Below, one piece after another: positions 18,347 through 28,438 of a stretch of 64,000 nucleotides of DNA. The stretch covers positions 34,211 to 98,210 of the forward strand of contig JAFGHI010000038.1 of NCBI GenBank assembly GCA_016930235.1, given 5' to 3'. A program made the translations under genes and the position numbers. Source of the DNA: Candidatus Omnitrophota bacterium. Lineage in GTDB: Bacteria; Omnitrophota; Omnitrophia; Omnitrophales; Aquincolibacteriaceae. The notes beneath the pieces are model-generated. The model was not told the DNA's origin. It searched no databases and saw nothing but the letters and a program-made list of their open reading frames with translations. Numbering within the stretch: position 1 is the stretch's first letter; each line of letters begins with the position of its first letter.

Positions 18347-18494
18347 ATCAAGGCAGTTTAAAGCGATAAGCCGTAAGCTATAAGAAAAACCAGCAATTTG
18401 CAATCATAAAAACGATACATGCGAATCTCTTATTGAAGTCATTTCTTCCTTTGAACCACTATATTTTATTTTATTCTTACAGCTTATCACTGAC

Positions 18495-19424
18495 TTAAAG
18501 ACTGATCAATTTTTTGAAAAGATCAAACCTTTCATCAATCTCTTTTCGCTTGATCTTTCTTAACCGATCCAACCCAAAATCCTCAACGGCATAAGAGGCC
18601 ACAATAGAACCATATCCCAATGCTTTTTTCAGCGTTTCAAATGACGAATCTTTTGATTGGGTCAGATATCCCATCATGCCACCCGCGAAGGAATCCCCCG
18701 CCCCCGTGGGATCAAAAACGCTTTCCAGGGGGTAGGCCGGCAAGGTAAAATATTTCTGTCCATACTGCAGCAAAACTCCGTGCTCCCCTTTCTTAATGAC
18801 GACTATGCCCGGTCCCCACTCCTGAACCTTCTTCGCCGCACGGATGAGATTCGGTTCGCCCGTCAACTGCCGGGCTTCTCCGTCATTCATCACAAAGCAA
18901 TCGACCCGTTTGAGCACCTCGATGAGATCCTGTCTTTTATTTTGGATCCAATAATTCATCGTATCGCATGCCACAAACTTCAATTTGGGCTTTTCCATTT
19001 GCTTGAGGACGCTCAGCTGAAGGACCGGATCGATATTTGCTAAAAATAAAAATCCCGGTTTTTCTTCAAACTGAATTCTAGGTTGGAAATCCATGAGCAC
19101 ATTCAAATGAGTTTCCAGTGTCTGCGCCGTATTCAGATCGTGTTCATATTTCCCCTTCCAGGCGAACGTCTTACCTCCCCGGATGACCTCAAGATGACTC
19201 AAATCAACCGATTTCTCCTTTAAAATTTCTCGATACTCCTCGGGGAAATCCTCTCCAACAACAGCGACCAAGGATACCGGCGTAAAAAAACTCGCTGCAT
19301 AGGAGAAATAAGATGCCGAGCCTCCAAAGACACGGTCCCTTTGCCCGAATGGCGTTTCCACTTGATCGATTGCAACGGTTCCAACAACCGCCAGCGGCGC
19401 TGATTTTGTCCCCTTATTTTCCAT
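18495..19424 (-). CDS. PfkB/ribokinase-family carbohydrate kinase
   Basis: GGSASY near the N-terminus and the DPTGAGDSFAGG PfkB signature; start trimmed to MENKG. Confidence 0.9.
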   Translation of the reverse strand: MENKGTKSAPLAVVGTVAIDQVETPFGQRDRVFGGSASYFSYAASFFTPVSLVAVVGEDFPEEYREILKEKSVDLSHLEVIRGGKTFAWKGKYEHDLNTAQTLETHLNVLMDFQPRIQFEEKPGFLFLANIDPVLQLSVLKQMEKPKLKFVACDTMNYWIQNKRQDLIEVLKRVDCFVMNDGEARQLTGEPNLIRAAKKVQEWGPGIVVIKKGEHGVLLQYGQKYFTLPAYPLESVFDPTGAGDSFAGGMMGYLTQSKDSSFETLKKALGYGSIVASYAVEDFGLDRLRKIKRKEIDERFDLFKKLISL

Positions 19425-20073
19425 AGTTTTCGATCTTGCTCCGTAATCGTTTTGTCGATTCATAAACCTCCCCCGATGAGAAAATGGCTCTTACAACCGC
19501 TACCTTCTTTGCACCAGCTTCTAAAACCTCTTCCACATTCGACTCATCAATACCCCCGATCGCGACAAATGGGATTTGAACTGCTCTTGCAACCTCTTGA
19601 ACGAGCTTGAGTCCAATCGCTTTGACCCGTGGTTTCGTCGGCGTTTGAAAGACAGGGCCAATACCGATATAATCCGCTCCTTCTTTTTCTGCTCGGGTTG
19701 CTTCCGGAAGCGAATGGGTCGAGCGGCCGATCCATATTGTTCTTCCATTCTCCCGAGCTAAACCGCGAATCACACCGATCGGTAAATCGTTTTGCCCCGT
19801 ATGAACACCGTCGGCCTTGCAGGCAAAAGCCAAATCGACACGGTCGTTCACAAAGAAAAGTTTGCGATGCCGGCCTGCTAAATCCCGGATCTTCAAACCT
19901 ATTTGATAAAAAAAAGAATCCGACGCTCTCTTCGATCTTAACTGAAGGATGTCCGCCCCGCCTTGGTAAGCTTGATCAGCCTTCTCAAGGATGGCAGCGT
20001 CGCCATCTTCAAAATCCGTCACCGCCATGAGCTTAAAATTATGCAAAAGATCTTTTTTCCAGCTCATAAACAC
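19414..20073 (-). CDS. thiE: Thiamine-phosphate synthase
   Basis: QLRSK, VNDRVD, DGVHTGQND, GRSTH, GPVFQTPTK and AIGGI motifs. Confidence 0.93.
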   Translation of the reverse strand: MFMSWKKDLLHNFKLMAVTDFEDGDAAILEKADQAYQGGADILQLRSKRASDSFFYQIGLKIRDLAGRHRKLFFVNDRVDLAFACKADGVHTGQNDLPIGVIRGLARENGRTIWIGRSTHSLPEATRAEKEGADYIGIGPVFQTPTKPRVKAIGLKLVQEVARAVQIPFVAIGGIDESNVEEVLEAGAKKVAVVRAIFSSGEVYESTKRLRSKIENYGK

Positions 20074-20461
20074 GGAATCTCAACCGTTGGAACTTCGGAC
20101 TTTGGCGGGGCATAACAGATTTGGTTACTTCTTCCAAAACTCGCAGGGCCTCTTGAGATCGTTTAAGATTGGAGGTCATTAAATCTTGCCATTCCGGATT
20201 CTTTTTTCCGTCCTGAATCCAGCCATCTCGACCCACATCTTTCTCGGAATCCCTCACATCGAGCATCTTTCGGTAGGTAATCGGTAACTCCAGGATCAGT
20301 TCCGTCAGGTCGTGACGGCATTTTTTAAAAGAGGCCGTCAACTTTTCGTCCTTGAGTGCAAAACGCGCAAAATCTTCCGAAACCCTCAAGGCCTCTTTTG
20401 CCCGATTAAAGTTAGCATCGATGATCCGGATAAAAATATCGAGCCTTGATAGATCGGACAT
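20039..20461 (-). CDS. Stand-alone ThiD2-like helical protein (equivalent to the N-terminal domain of cyanobacterial long ThiE)
   Basis: RIIDANFNRAKEALRVSED, RDSEKDVG, NLKRSQEALRVLEE and RFRVYELEK. Confidence 0.82.
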   Translation of the reverse strand: MSDLSRLDIFIRIIDANFNRAKEALRVSEDFARFALKDEKLTASFKKCRHDLTELILELPITYRKMLDVRDSEKDVGRDGWIQDGKKNPEWQDLMTSNLKRSQEALRVLEEVTKSVMPRQSPKFQRLRFRVYELEKRSFA

Positions 20462-20463
20462 AT

Positions 20464-20943
20464 CTAGGACAGATGCTTTATCTTTTTGATGATTTGCGTG
20501 GTTGAATGACCTTTGACGAGCGGAATTCTTTTAACCTGGCCTCTCCAAGACTCAACCTCCTTGGCTCCCGCAATCTGGCTCTTTTTCCAATCCGCACCTT
20601 TCACAAGGACATGCGGCCTTAAATCCTGTATCAAACAAATGGGGGTCGGGTCACTGAAGAGCGTTACGTAATCAACACACGACAGAGCCGCCAAGACATC
20701 GAGACGATCCTTCTCAGGATTAAGGGGCCTCCCGGGACTCTTGTAGGACCTCACCGAAGCATCTGAATTGACGCCGACAATCAGAATATCCCCGTAGCAT
20801 TTAGCCTTTTCCAAGTAAGTCACATGTCCAAGGTGGAGAAGATCGAAAGTCCCGTTGGTGAAAACAATTCTCTTCTTCTTGGTCCGCAATGCCTTGCCGA
20901 GTGATTTTAACTTAGATTTTTTGATGATTTTATATCGATTCAT
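20464..20943 (-). CDS. rfaE2: D-glycero-beta-D-manno-heptose 1-phosphate adenylyltransferase (RfaE domain II)
   Basis: FTNGTFDLLHLGH, VGVNSDASV, LVKGADW and STT motifs; next to gmhA; start trimmed to MNRYK. Confidence 0.9.
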   Translation of the reverse strand: MNRYKIIKKSKLKSLGKALRTKKKRIVFTNGTFDLLHLGHVTYLEKAKCYGDILIVGVNSDASVRSYKSPGRPLNPEKDRLDVLAALSCVDYVTLFSDPTPICLIQDLRPHVLVKGADWKKSQIAGAKEVESWRGQVKRIPLVKGHSTTQIIKKIKHLS

Positions 20944-21023
20944 GACGTCTTTCCTTGAAAAAATGGCGGGCACATGTTGAAGAGGCTTGCCCTCCCCGTT
21001 TCTGTGCCCAAACACTAACCATT

Positions 21024-21608
21024 CTATATATTTGCGAGCGTTTCTTCAGCAAGACCGCAGATAGCGTGAAGAGCTGACATATGGACTTCCTGAACAATGG
21101 CTGTTCTCTTGGCTTGGGCACAAAAGCAAAGATCAACCATTCCACCCAAAGCGCCTCCAGACTCTCCCGAAAACCCGACAACGAACATGCCTTTTTTACG
21201 CGCAACCTTGACAGCTTCAATCACATTTTTCGAATTCCCGCTTGTGGAAAGCGCAATCAAGATATCGCCTTCTTGCCCTAATCCCTCAACTTGACGGCTA
21301 AATACTTTGTCGTAACCATAATCATTCGCTACCGCAGTAAGAATCGAGGTATCGGTTGTGAGTGCTATTGCAGGCAGGCTTTGGCGGTCCTTCTCAAAAC
21401 GGCCCACAAACTCAGCAGCGATATGCTGACAGTCCGAAGCACTTCCGCCATTTCCACAAAGCACGATTTTACGGCCCCTCTGAATCGCCTCGATAATCTT
21501 TTGTCCGATCTTGATCAGGCCCTCGAGTTGATCCGAAGCAAAACTCTCTGAAATGGCTTTTTCGTGCTCGCGGATGAAGTTTTGGATCTTGATTTTCATA
21601 TCAACCAA
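21024..21608 (-). CDS. gmhA: D-sedoheptulose 7-phosphate isomerase
   Basis: CGNGGSASDCQH, NDYGY, STSGNS and QEVH motifs. Confidence 0.95.
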   Translation of the reverse strand: MVDMKIKIQNFIREHEKAISESFASDQLEGLIKIGQKIIEAIQRGRKIVLCGNGGSASDCQHIAAEFVGRFEKDRQSLPAIALTTDTSILTAVANDYGYDKVFSRQVEGLGQEGDILIALSTSGNSKNVIEAVKVARKKGMFVVGFSGESGGALGGMVDLCFCAQAKRTAIVQEVHMSALHAICGLAEETLANI

Positions 21609-22626
21609 AGAATGCGTTAGCCAGCTTATAATATTCGGGCGGCACCGTCTTCAACGTCCCGACAGCAACATCCAGCGGAACAGATTCAATATTGCGTCCA
21701 CGCAAACAAACCATATAACCGAACTTTTCTTCTTTGACAAGTTCAACGGCATGCGAGCCAAACCGCGTTCCCAGAACACGGTCAAAAGCCGTTGGAGAAC
21801 CTCCCCGTTGAATATGCCCGAGCACCGTAACACGCGTTTCAAAACCTGTCATTTTCTCGATAAGTTCCGCAACACGCTGGCCAATCCCTCCCAAACGCAC
21901 ATGACCGAACTCATCCAATTTTTGATCCTGTGTCTCGAAACCATCTTTAAACGTGGCTCCTTCAGCAACAGCAATGATACTGAAGGTTTTTCCCCGAGCG
22001 TGCCTTCTTTTAATCAATTCGCAGACTTCATTGATGTCAAAAGGAACTTCCGGAATCAAAATTGCGTCAGCTCCGCCGGCCAATCCTGATTCAAGGGCAA
22101 TCCATCCAGCATGCCGCCCCATAATCTCTGCAACCATCACACGGTTATGAGATTCGGCGGTGCTATGCAAACGGTCAATACATTCCATCGCAATGTTGAG
22201 TGCTGTGTCATAACCAAAGGTGTAGTCCGTTCCATTCAAGTCATTATCAATCGTCTTGGGGACTCCCACGATTCTCAATCCCTCTTTAGCCAGCTTGCTC
22301 GCAACACCCAGAGTATCTTCGCCGCCAATAGCGATAAAACCAAAAAGATCATTCGTCTTAAAGGTATCTTTAACCTTTTGGACATGCTCAGGCTTCTTGT
22401 AGGGATTCGTCCTCGACGTGCCTAGAATCGTTCCCCCTTTTGGAAGAATACCGGACACTGTGGAAAGATTAAGTTCAAACGAATCATTTTCAATGACTCC
22501 GCGCCAACCATTACGGAAACCAAGGATCTGATACCCTTCTTGCGTGCCGCGCCGAACGATCGCGCGAATCACTGAATTCAACCCCGGGCAATCACCACCG
22601 CCTGTCAAAATTCCAATTTTCTTCAT
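21601..22626 (-). CDS. pfkA: 6-phosphofructokinase (group III-like, probably PPi-dependent)
   Basis: TGGGDCPGLN, GGTILGTSR, GGEDT, PKTIDND, MGRHAG and LGHIQRGG. Confidence 0.93.
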   Translation of the reverse strand: MKKIGILTGGGDCPGLNSVIRAIVRRGTQEGYQILGFRNGWRGVIENDSFELNLSTVSGILPKGGTILGTSRTNPYKKPEHVQKVKDTFKTNDLFGFIAIGGEDTLGVASKLAKEGLRIVGVPKTIDNDLNGTDYTFGYDTALNIAMECIDRLHSTAESHNRVMVAEIMGRHAGWIALESGLAGGADAILIPEVPFDINEVCELIKRRHARGKTFSIIAVAEGATFKDGFETQDQKLDEFGHVRLGGIGQRVAELIEKMTGFETRVTVLGHIQRGGSPTAFDRVLGTRFGSHAVELVKEEKFGYMVCLRGRNIESVPLDVAVGTLKTVPPEYYKLANAFFG

Positions 22627-22706
22627 ACTGCCTAACTCTCCTTTTCTGAACTTCCCATTTTTAGGGTTAAGATTAACCCCATAAGTGCTTGATATCCAAT
22701 GATGGC

Positions 22707-23282
22707 TTAGACCGTAACCGACTGATTTTCATCAAGCGAAGGGACATCGACCCCGTGATCTTCGATTTTTTGAACATCACAGATCACCTCGAGTTTATTC
22801 TCATCGCTTAACAGCTTGCTAACCCGGGCATGAATTTCCGACTGGATCTCGGTTAAAAGATCCTGAACCTTGGCTCCGGTCCACAAGACGATCCTAATCT
22901 TGATTTCGACGTCCTTGGTATGGATCAAAGTCTTAATCTTCCAGTCTTTGACTAAATGGTACTTTTTTAAAACCCGCTTAACGGCATCTTCTATCGCCGA
23001 AACAGAAACGACAACAGGGCCAAGTTCGCTTTGATAAATAATGGCTTCGGATTCCCGGCCTTTTTTGACTAACATCTTCGCAAAGTATAAACCGACCGTG
23101 ATAAAAAGAAGTCCGATAAACCCAGATTGCGTTGAACGCCAGGGACTGTCATAGAGTTCGCGGATTTTGATCATGGCATCGTTCAGAGACAGGATATGAA
23201 AAGCCACGATGATCAAAAAACTTCCTATGGTCAGGAATGCAAAAATAGCAAATATTTGTGCAAAAAAGTTAAAAACCTTCAT
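22707..23282 (-). CDS. AmaP/Asp23-like membrane anchor protein
   Basis: Two N-terminal TM helices followed by an Asp23-like domain (G.V.VS..AIED.V); typical position after accC. Confidence 0.7.
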   Translation of the reverse strand: MKVFNFFAQIFAIFAFLTIGSFLIIVAFHILSLNDAMIKIRELYDSPWRSTQSGFIGLLFITVGLYFAKMLVKKGRESEAIIYQSELGPVVVSVSAIEDAVKRVLKKYHLVKDWKIKTLIHTKDVEIKIRIVLWTGAKVQDLLTEIQSEIHARVSKLLSDENKLEVICDVQKIEDHGVDVPSLDENQSVTV

Positions 23283-24670
23283 GATTGATCTTTCCCTTCA
23301 CCGGTCTTCTCCGTAGGCTCTATTTTACCCGGAAGGATGTGGGTATCAATGAAATTTGTTGCCACAGCTCCCTGCCTGAATCTCGGCCGGTCCAATATCT
23401 TGATATGAAGCGGGATGGTTGTTTTGATCGGATCAATTATCGTTTCCCTCAACGCCCTCAGCATAATGGAAATGGCGTCCTGCCGATCTTTCCCGTGAGC
23501 AATAATTTTCGCAATCATCGAATCATAAAAGGGCGGGATCACATAACCCGCATACCCCTGACTATCAACACGAACATTCGGGCCTCCCGGAATGATCCAA
23601 GTGGCAATCTTACCCGGCGACGGACGGAATTCGTTATCAGGATCTTCGGCATTGACACGACATTCGATGGCATGCCCCTCAAAAACAACCTTATCTTGAG
23701 TGATCTTTAATTTTTCACCCGCAGCGATTTGAATCTGTTGTTTGACCAAATCAATGTCCGTCACCATTTCGGTCACGGGGTGTTCAACCTGCAATCTCGT
23801 ATTCATTTCTAAGAAATAAAAATTTTGATCTTCATCAACGAGAAACTCGATGGTCCCCGCGCTTGCATACTTAAACGCCTTGGCCGCTTTAATGGCTGCT
23901 TCCCCCAGTCTTCGCCGTAATTTCTGATTGATTCCGGGCGCCGGCGATTCCTCAATGAGTTTTTGATGACGCCTCTGGACAGAACAGTCACGCTCACCCA
24001 AATGAATGATATTGCCCCTTTCATCAGCCAGGATTTGGACTTCGATATGGCGAGGTTCTTTGATATATTTTTCAACATAGACAGACCGGTTGCCAAAAGC
24101 CGCCTCGGCTTCCGCTTGAGCAGTCAAAAAAGCACTAATGAGTTTCCCGTCATTATGTGCGACTTTAATTCCTTTACCGCCCCCTCCGGCAGCAGCTTTA
24201 ATGGCAACGGGATAACCGAATTTTTTGGCTAAACGAAGCGCCTCTTCTTGATTCTTGACGGATCCCTTACTTCCTGGGACAACGGGGATGCCTACTTTTT
24301 GGACGGTCTGTCGCGCAACGGACTTGTCCCCCGCCAACCGGATACTTTCCGGCTTCGGTCCGATGAATTTGATTTGACATGATTCACAGATCTCAGCGAA
24401 ATGAGCGTTCTCGGCCAAGAATCCATACCCGGGGTGGATGGCCTCCACATCGGCTATCTCGGCAGCGGAAATCAATGCGGGTATATTTAAATAGCTTTCT
24501 GAAGAGGGCGATTCTCCTATGCAAATCGCATCATCTGCAAGCTTCACATGTAACGACTCCCGATCCGCCTTGGAAAAAACAGCCACGGATTGAATCCCCA
24601 TTTCACGGCATGCACGAATCACACGTACGGCAATTTCACCACGGTTGGCAATCAGGATTTTACTAAACAT
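23279..24670 (-). CDS. accC: Acetyl-CoA carboxylase biotin carboxylase
   Basis: [41 protein letters not shown] and YDSMIAK. Confidence 0.97.
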   Translation of the reverse strand: MFSKILIANRGEIAVRVIRACREMGIQSVAVFSKADRESLHVKLADDAICIGESPSSESYLNIPALISAAEIADVEAIHPGYGFLAENAHFAEICESCQIKFIGPKPESIRLAGDKSVARQTVQKVGIPVVPGSKGSVKNQEEALRLAKKFGYPVAIKAAAGGGGKGIKVAHNDGKLISAFLTAQAEAEAAFGNRSVYVEKYIKEPRHIEVQILADERGNIIHLGERDCSVQRRHQKLIEESPAPGINQKLRRRLGEAAIKAAKAFKYASAGTIEFLVDEDQNFYFLEMNTRLQVEHPVTEMVTDIDLVKQQIQIAAGEKLKITQDKVVFEGHAIECRVNAEDPDNEFRPSPGKIATWIIPGGPNVRVDSQGYAGYVIPPFYDSMIAKIIAHGKDRQDAISIMLRALRETIIDPIKTTIPLHIKILDRPRFRQGAVATNFIDTHILPGKIEPTEKTGEGKDQS

Positions 24671-24684
24671 ATTTTTTTGTAGGC

Positions 24685-24772
24685 CCTATAAAGTAATGAG
24701 CAACGGGGAAAAACGCTGAGTCAAGGATGATGAAACCTTCTCTCACCGTTTCAGCCTCATTGCTCAATAGGC
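24685..24772. repeat. Long imperfect palindrome between accB and accC
   Basis: tgagcaacgggg..aaacgctgag..aagg pairs with cctt..ctcaccgttt..cctcattgctca. Confidence 0.6.
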
Positions 24773-24776
24773 TCAA

Positions 24777-25247
24777 TTAACCTTTCTTAATTTTAAAGAG
24801 GGGTTGATCAAACTCGACGGATTGGCCGTTGGTCACTAAAATTTCCGCAATCGCTCCATTCGCTTCACACTTGATTTCGTTCATAAGCTTCATGGCCTCA
24901 ATAATACAAAGGACATCCCCTTCAGCTACCTTCTGCCCCATCGTCACATAGGGTGGCTGATCCGGAGCTGGTGCCGAGTAGAAGGTTCCAACCATGGGCG
25001 AGCGTACAATAACGATACTAGTATCCTCCTGGAGTGGTGTCTCCGGTAGAGCACCCACAGGAGCGGAGGTAGGCATATGCACAGCTGCAGGCATCATCAT
25101 TCGAGACTGCATCATCTCTTCAGAGATAATGCGTCCATCAGGCCCTTTTCGCATCTTGATCTTTGTCCCGTCCTTTTCGATCTCGATTTCATTCAACTGG
25201 TGCTCTTCCATCAGCTGCAAAAGCTCTTTAATCTCTTTTAGATTCAT
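24777..25247 (-). CDS. accB: Biotin carboxyl carrier protein
   Basis: SPMVGTFY and the EAMKLMNE biotinylation motif. Confidence 0.97.
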   Translation of the reverse strand: MNLKEIKELLQLMEEHQLNEIEIEKDGTKIKMRKGPDGRIISEEMMQSRMMMPAAVHMPTSAPVGALPETPLQEDTSIVIVRSPMVGTFYSAPAPDQPPYVTMGQKVAEGDVLCIIEAMKLMNEIKCEANGAIAEILVTNGQSVEFDQPLFKIKKG

Positions 25248-25343
25248 CTTTGTATCCCCTCAGGCATCCCACTATTAAACTCGAAACCAATTTCATTGTC
25301 AATGTTACTAACAGATATCCGAAAACGCTGTTACATCCCTAAT

Positions 25344-25793
25344 TTAGCTCATTTTATTGTCTTTTAGGGAGGTAATAAGCCCTTGAAAGCCCAAGATATA
25401 GCTTTCCATCCCAAAACCAGAAACCTGGCCCAGGCATGCCGGCGCGGTAAGAGATTGCTGGCGAAAGCTCTCCCTCTTGTAAATATTGGAGAGATGGACT
25501 TCAACCGTTGGGAGTGACGAAGCAAGAATAGCGTCCCGAATCGCAACGCTTGTATGCGTGTAGGCAGCAGGATTGATCAAGATCCCGTCGTATTTCTTAC
25601 GTGCCTTGCCGATCAAATCTACAATTTCGCCCTCATGATTGGACTGATGTATGGTAACTTCTACCTTACTGGTCTTGGCCTCTTTCTTGATCGCCTCATT
25701 AATCTCTTTAATCGTCACCTTACCGTAGATATCAAGTTCCCGTTCCCCCAGCAAATTCAGATTAGGTCCATGTATCACCAATATTCGTTTCAT
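25344..25793 (-). CDS. aroQ: Type II 3-dehydroquinate dehydratase
   Basis: [28 protein letters not shown] and EVHLSN; start trimmed to MKRIL. Confidence 0.96.
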   Translation of the reverse strand: MKRILVIHGPNLNLLGERELDIYGKVTIKEINEAIKKEAKTSKVEVTIHQSNHEGEIVDLIGKARKKYDGILINPAAYTHTSVAIRDAILASSLPTVEVHLSNIYKRESFRQQSLTAPACLGQVSGFGMESYILGFQGLITSLKDNKMS

Positions 25794-25824
25794 AATCACT
25801 TTCCTCATTCTTGACACGGCTCTG

Positions 25825-25992
25825 TTACGGCTTTTCGGCTTCTTCAATGAGCATCACCGGAATTCCATCACGAATCGGGTATTTCAAACCGCAACCTGCC
25901 CCTGTACAGATAATTTGGTTGTTCTCTTCTCGTACTGCCGCTTTACATGACGGACAAGCCAATATCTCCAAAAACTCTTTCTCTAGACTCAT
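25825..25992 (-). CDS. Trm112/YcaR-family small protein (55 aa, below the ORF-track cutoff)
   Basis: Manual translation: [59 protein letters not shown] overlap with the upstream gene and a GGAGG SD. Confidence 0.92.
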   Translation of the reverse strand: MSLEKEFLEILACPSCKAAVREENNQIICTGAGCGLKYPIRDGIPVMLIEEAEKP

Positions 25993-26969
25993 TGCAATTC
26001 CTCCATTTCGTGAATCACTTGTGCTCGCAATCCACCACGAAAAGAATAGATAACTCCGGCCGTTAAACTAAATCCATAGATGACCATATCAACGAGAATG
26101 GAAAGAACCAGAGCTCTTTCTGACGGCACAAAGCGACTGAAGAGATAAATCAGTCCGGCCTCGCGCACGCCTAAACCGCCTAGTGATGGCGCCATGCTAA
26201 CAATCGCTACAACGGGAACTAAAACAAAGAAAAGCCATAACGGCATATCAATTCCCAAACCCAAGGCTAACCAATAATGCAGCACGATAAACATGCAATG
26301 GGCGGCCACCGAAATAAGGATTAAAAAACTCATTAGGAGTTTATGATTTTTATAGTTATAAATCGCATAATACACATCGGTTAAACGCTTTTTCCACTTT
26401 TCTGACTTCACCCACCCTGTTACAAATTTAAATAGACGCGCAAAGCGCCGGCTCGCGAAGAAAAAAACCACCAAAAGCATCACTGCCAAAAAACTATAAA
26501 CTACCTGGTTGATATGAGGATCACTTATTTCCTTACTAAAGACCATGATGGCGCCAACAGCCATTAACATCAAAGCAATAAACCCCAAGAGCCGGTCCAG
26601 CACAACCGATGTCATCGATTCAATTTTCTTTCCGGAATGTTTGTAAACATAGAAAGCTTTTCCAACGTCTCCCCCAACAGCCGAAGGAAAAAAGAGATTA
26701 AAAAAGAGTCCAATATAGCTTAAGTAAAAAGACTCCGAATATTTTAAGATTATATTTTGAATTTTAAGAACATGTTGGATTCGAACAGCCTGAATTAAGA
26801 GAGCGCAAAGATACGTCAGGGCAGCAAGGAAAAACCATCCCCAGGCAACTTCGGTCTTGAGAATCTGTATCGCTTCCCCCAACTTATCCCGAAGCGAATA
26901 AAGAATAAGCCCAATCGCACCAAAGCTGATGCCTATTCGGAACAGAGTCCCCTTAATGCCTTGTTTCAT
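25989..26969 (-). CDS. Flippase-like membrane protein (lysylphosphatidylglycerol synthase TM / UPF0104 family)
   Basis: Multiple TM helices; FFNLFFPSAVGGD, DRLLG and PSLGGLGVRE motifs. Confidence 0.85.
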   Translation of the reverse strand: MKQGIKGTLFRIGISFGAIGLILYSLRDKLGEAIQILKTEVAWGWFFLAALTYLCALLIQAVRIQHVLKIQNIILKYSESFYLSYIGLFFNLFFPSAVGGDVGKAFYVYKHSGKKIESMTSVVLDRLLGFIALMLMAVGAIMVFSKEISDPHINQVVYSFLAVMLLVVFFFASRRFARLFKFVTGWVKSEKWKKRLTDVYYAIYNYKNHKLLMSFLILISVAAHCMFIVLHYWLALGLGIDMPLWLFFVLVPVVAIVSMAPSLGGLGVREAGLIYLFSRFVPSERALVLSILVDMVIYGFSLTAGVIYSFRGGLRAQVIHEMEELQ

Positions 26970-27346
26970 ACTTTCTCTGAAAATTTCATTTGGAGTTCCG
27001 TGAGAAGTTGCGTCATCACTTCTGATTCCTCCCGGCTCCGGTTACCTTCTGATTTTTCTTTCAGCATCGATAAGATATTAATAACCTCTCGAGCGGCCTG
27101 AAGATTGACCTCCCTCTCTTGGGTCTCTGGATTTGGAATCTCCCCCAAATGAAACATGGCTTGGACCCCTAAAGAAGAAAGGAGATTCATAAATGCCTTA
27201 GAGGTGGTCACTTGGTTTTGCGACGCATGCGAGGGCGCCTGAGCCTGAGGCTCCGGCGTTTTCCATAACGGCCGTTCTTTCTGGGCCGATTCTTTCCAAC
27301 TTTGATCTACCTTTTTATCAGAAAATCGAATGTCTTTTTCCATCAT
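26966..27346 (-). CDS. DUF1844-family protein
   Basis: F..LLSSLG.QAM.HLG.IPNP.T, NL.AA...I..L.ML.EK..GN and LQMKF. Confidence 0.8.
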   Translation of the reverse strand: MMEKDIRFSDKKVDQSWKESAQKERPLWKTPEPQAQAPSHASQNQVTTSKAFMNLLSSLGVQAMFHLGEIPNPETQEREVNLQAAREVINILSMLKEKSEGNRSREESEVMTQLLTELQMKFSEKV

Positions 27347-27497
27347 TCAAAAACCCTGTAAAATAAAAATCGCCATTTCTTGTCACCACTTTAGGTGCAC
27401 TTCTTAACTTGCGCAAACAACACGTCAGTCTTCTATTTGAACTTTCTATTTTACCTAAACCGTTGGGTCTACACAAACAATTGATATGACGATACAT

Positions 27498-27577
27498 AAA
27501 AAAGAGGCTCTCGGCCTAGTGGGGATGTGTGGCGGCCGAAAGCCTCTGAAGGTGAGTAGAGACCCGTAAGTCTCTGG
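27498..27577 (-). ncRNA. Candidate ~80-nt small RNA or attenuator with an intrinsic terminator
   Basis: TTGACA-17 bp-TAGTAA upstream (27612-27584); hairpin AGAGAC/GTCTCT; long stem AGAGGCTTTCGGCC/GGCCGAGAGCCTCT with a C-rich loop, then a U-tract. Confidence 0.5.
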
Positions 27578-27703
27578 TTATTATTACTAGCACGGGTTCT
27601 AGTAGCTGTCAACGGGGATTTTAGAAAGTGGAGAAGCGGCGATACTGGGGAGCTCTTCGATAAATCACTCCGCAAGGCCTTTTGACCTAACTATCAATGA
27701 TGC

Positions 27704-28438
27704 TTAGCCTTCCAGAAACTCCACCGCAATACCGAGCTGCTTTTTGACCAACTGCTTACGGCTGACCTTCCCCTTGAGGCTGTATTCCTCAGGGAAATTG
27801 GCATTCGGGTAAATGCGAATCTCCGTCTTGATCCCTCTAAGCGGCTCCAAACGGTCAATCTTTCTTGCCGCCTCTAAGTCCAAATATTCCGCAAAAAGTC
27901 CCCCCTCACTGATATTCGTCGCAATTGCATGCGTTTCAATGGGTTCATGTCCATCCGGGAATATTTTGAGATCAATCGGAATCGCCACATGCATCCGTTT
28001 GCTTCGTCGTCTTTCGAGGTTATATCCCATCGATTGCTGATCAAGGATCTTTCCTTCAGATCCAATCTGCTTCTCGGAATCCTTCTCTAAAAGAAAGGGT
28101 CCCAAATCCTCAGCAACCTCCTTTTCGGTTTGGCAAATCCTTACGTTTCTCGGCAAATAGGTCCCTTCGAGATAGTGGGCAATCACGTTTGAAGCCCCAT
28201 AAATGAGACTTCGTTGAGGCCGAATACATGCCGCCAACAAACTCCTCATCCCTAAAGGTTCGAGAAACGGTAAGAATTGTAGGTTGATAATCACCCTCTG
28301 GAGACGATGCCGTCGGATATTACGCTGAATCTTCCAGGCTATTTCTTGAAGAGTTTCCTGAGTCGGACTCCCCTCAAGATCGAACACCTTGACAGTTCCA
28401 ATTTCACGCGTACTGACTTTCAGCTTACTCATGGCCAT
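27704..28438 (-). CDS. STAS-like + PilZ domain protein
   Basis: N-terminal anti-sigma-antagonist-like pattern (VFDLEG...VIINL..L.FLEPLG); C-terminal RRSKR and NISEGG PilZ motifs. Confidence 0.8.
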   Translation of the reverse strand: MAMSKLKVSTREIGTVKVFDLEGSPTQETLQEIAWKIQRNIRRHRLQRVIINLQFLPFLEPLGMRSLLAACIRPQRSLIYGASNVIAHYLEGTYLPRNVRICQTEKEVAEDLGPFLLEKDSEKQIGSEGKILDQQSMGYNLERRRSKRMHVAIPIDLKIFPDGHEPIETHAIATNISEGGLFAEYLDLEAARKIDRLEPLRGIKTEIRIYPNANFPEEYSLKGKVSRKQLVKKQLGIAVEFLEG

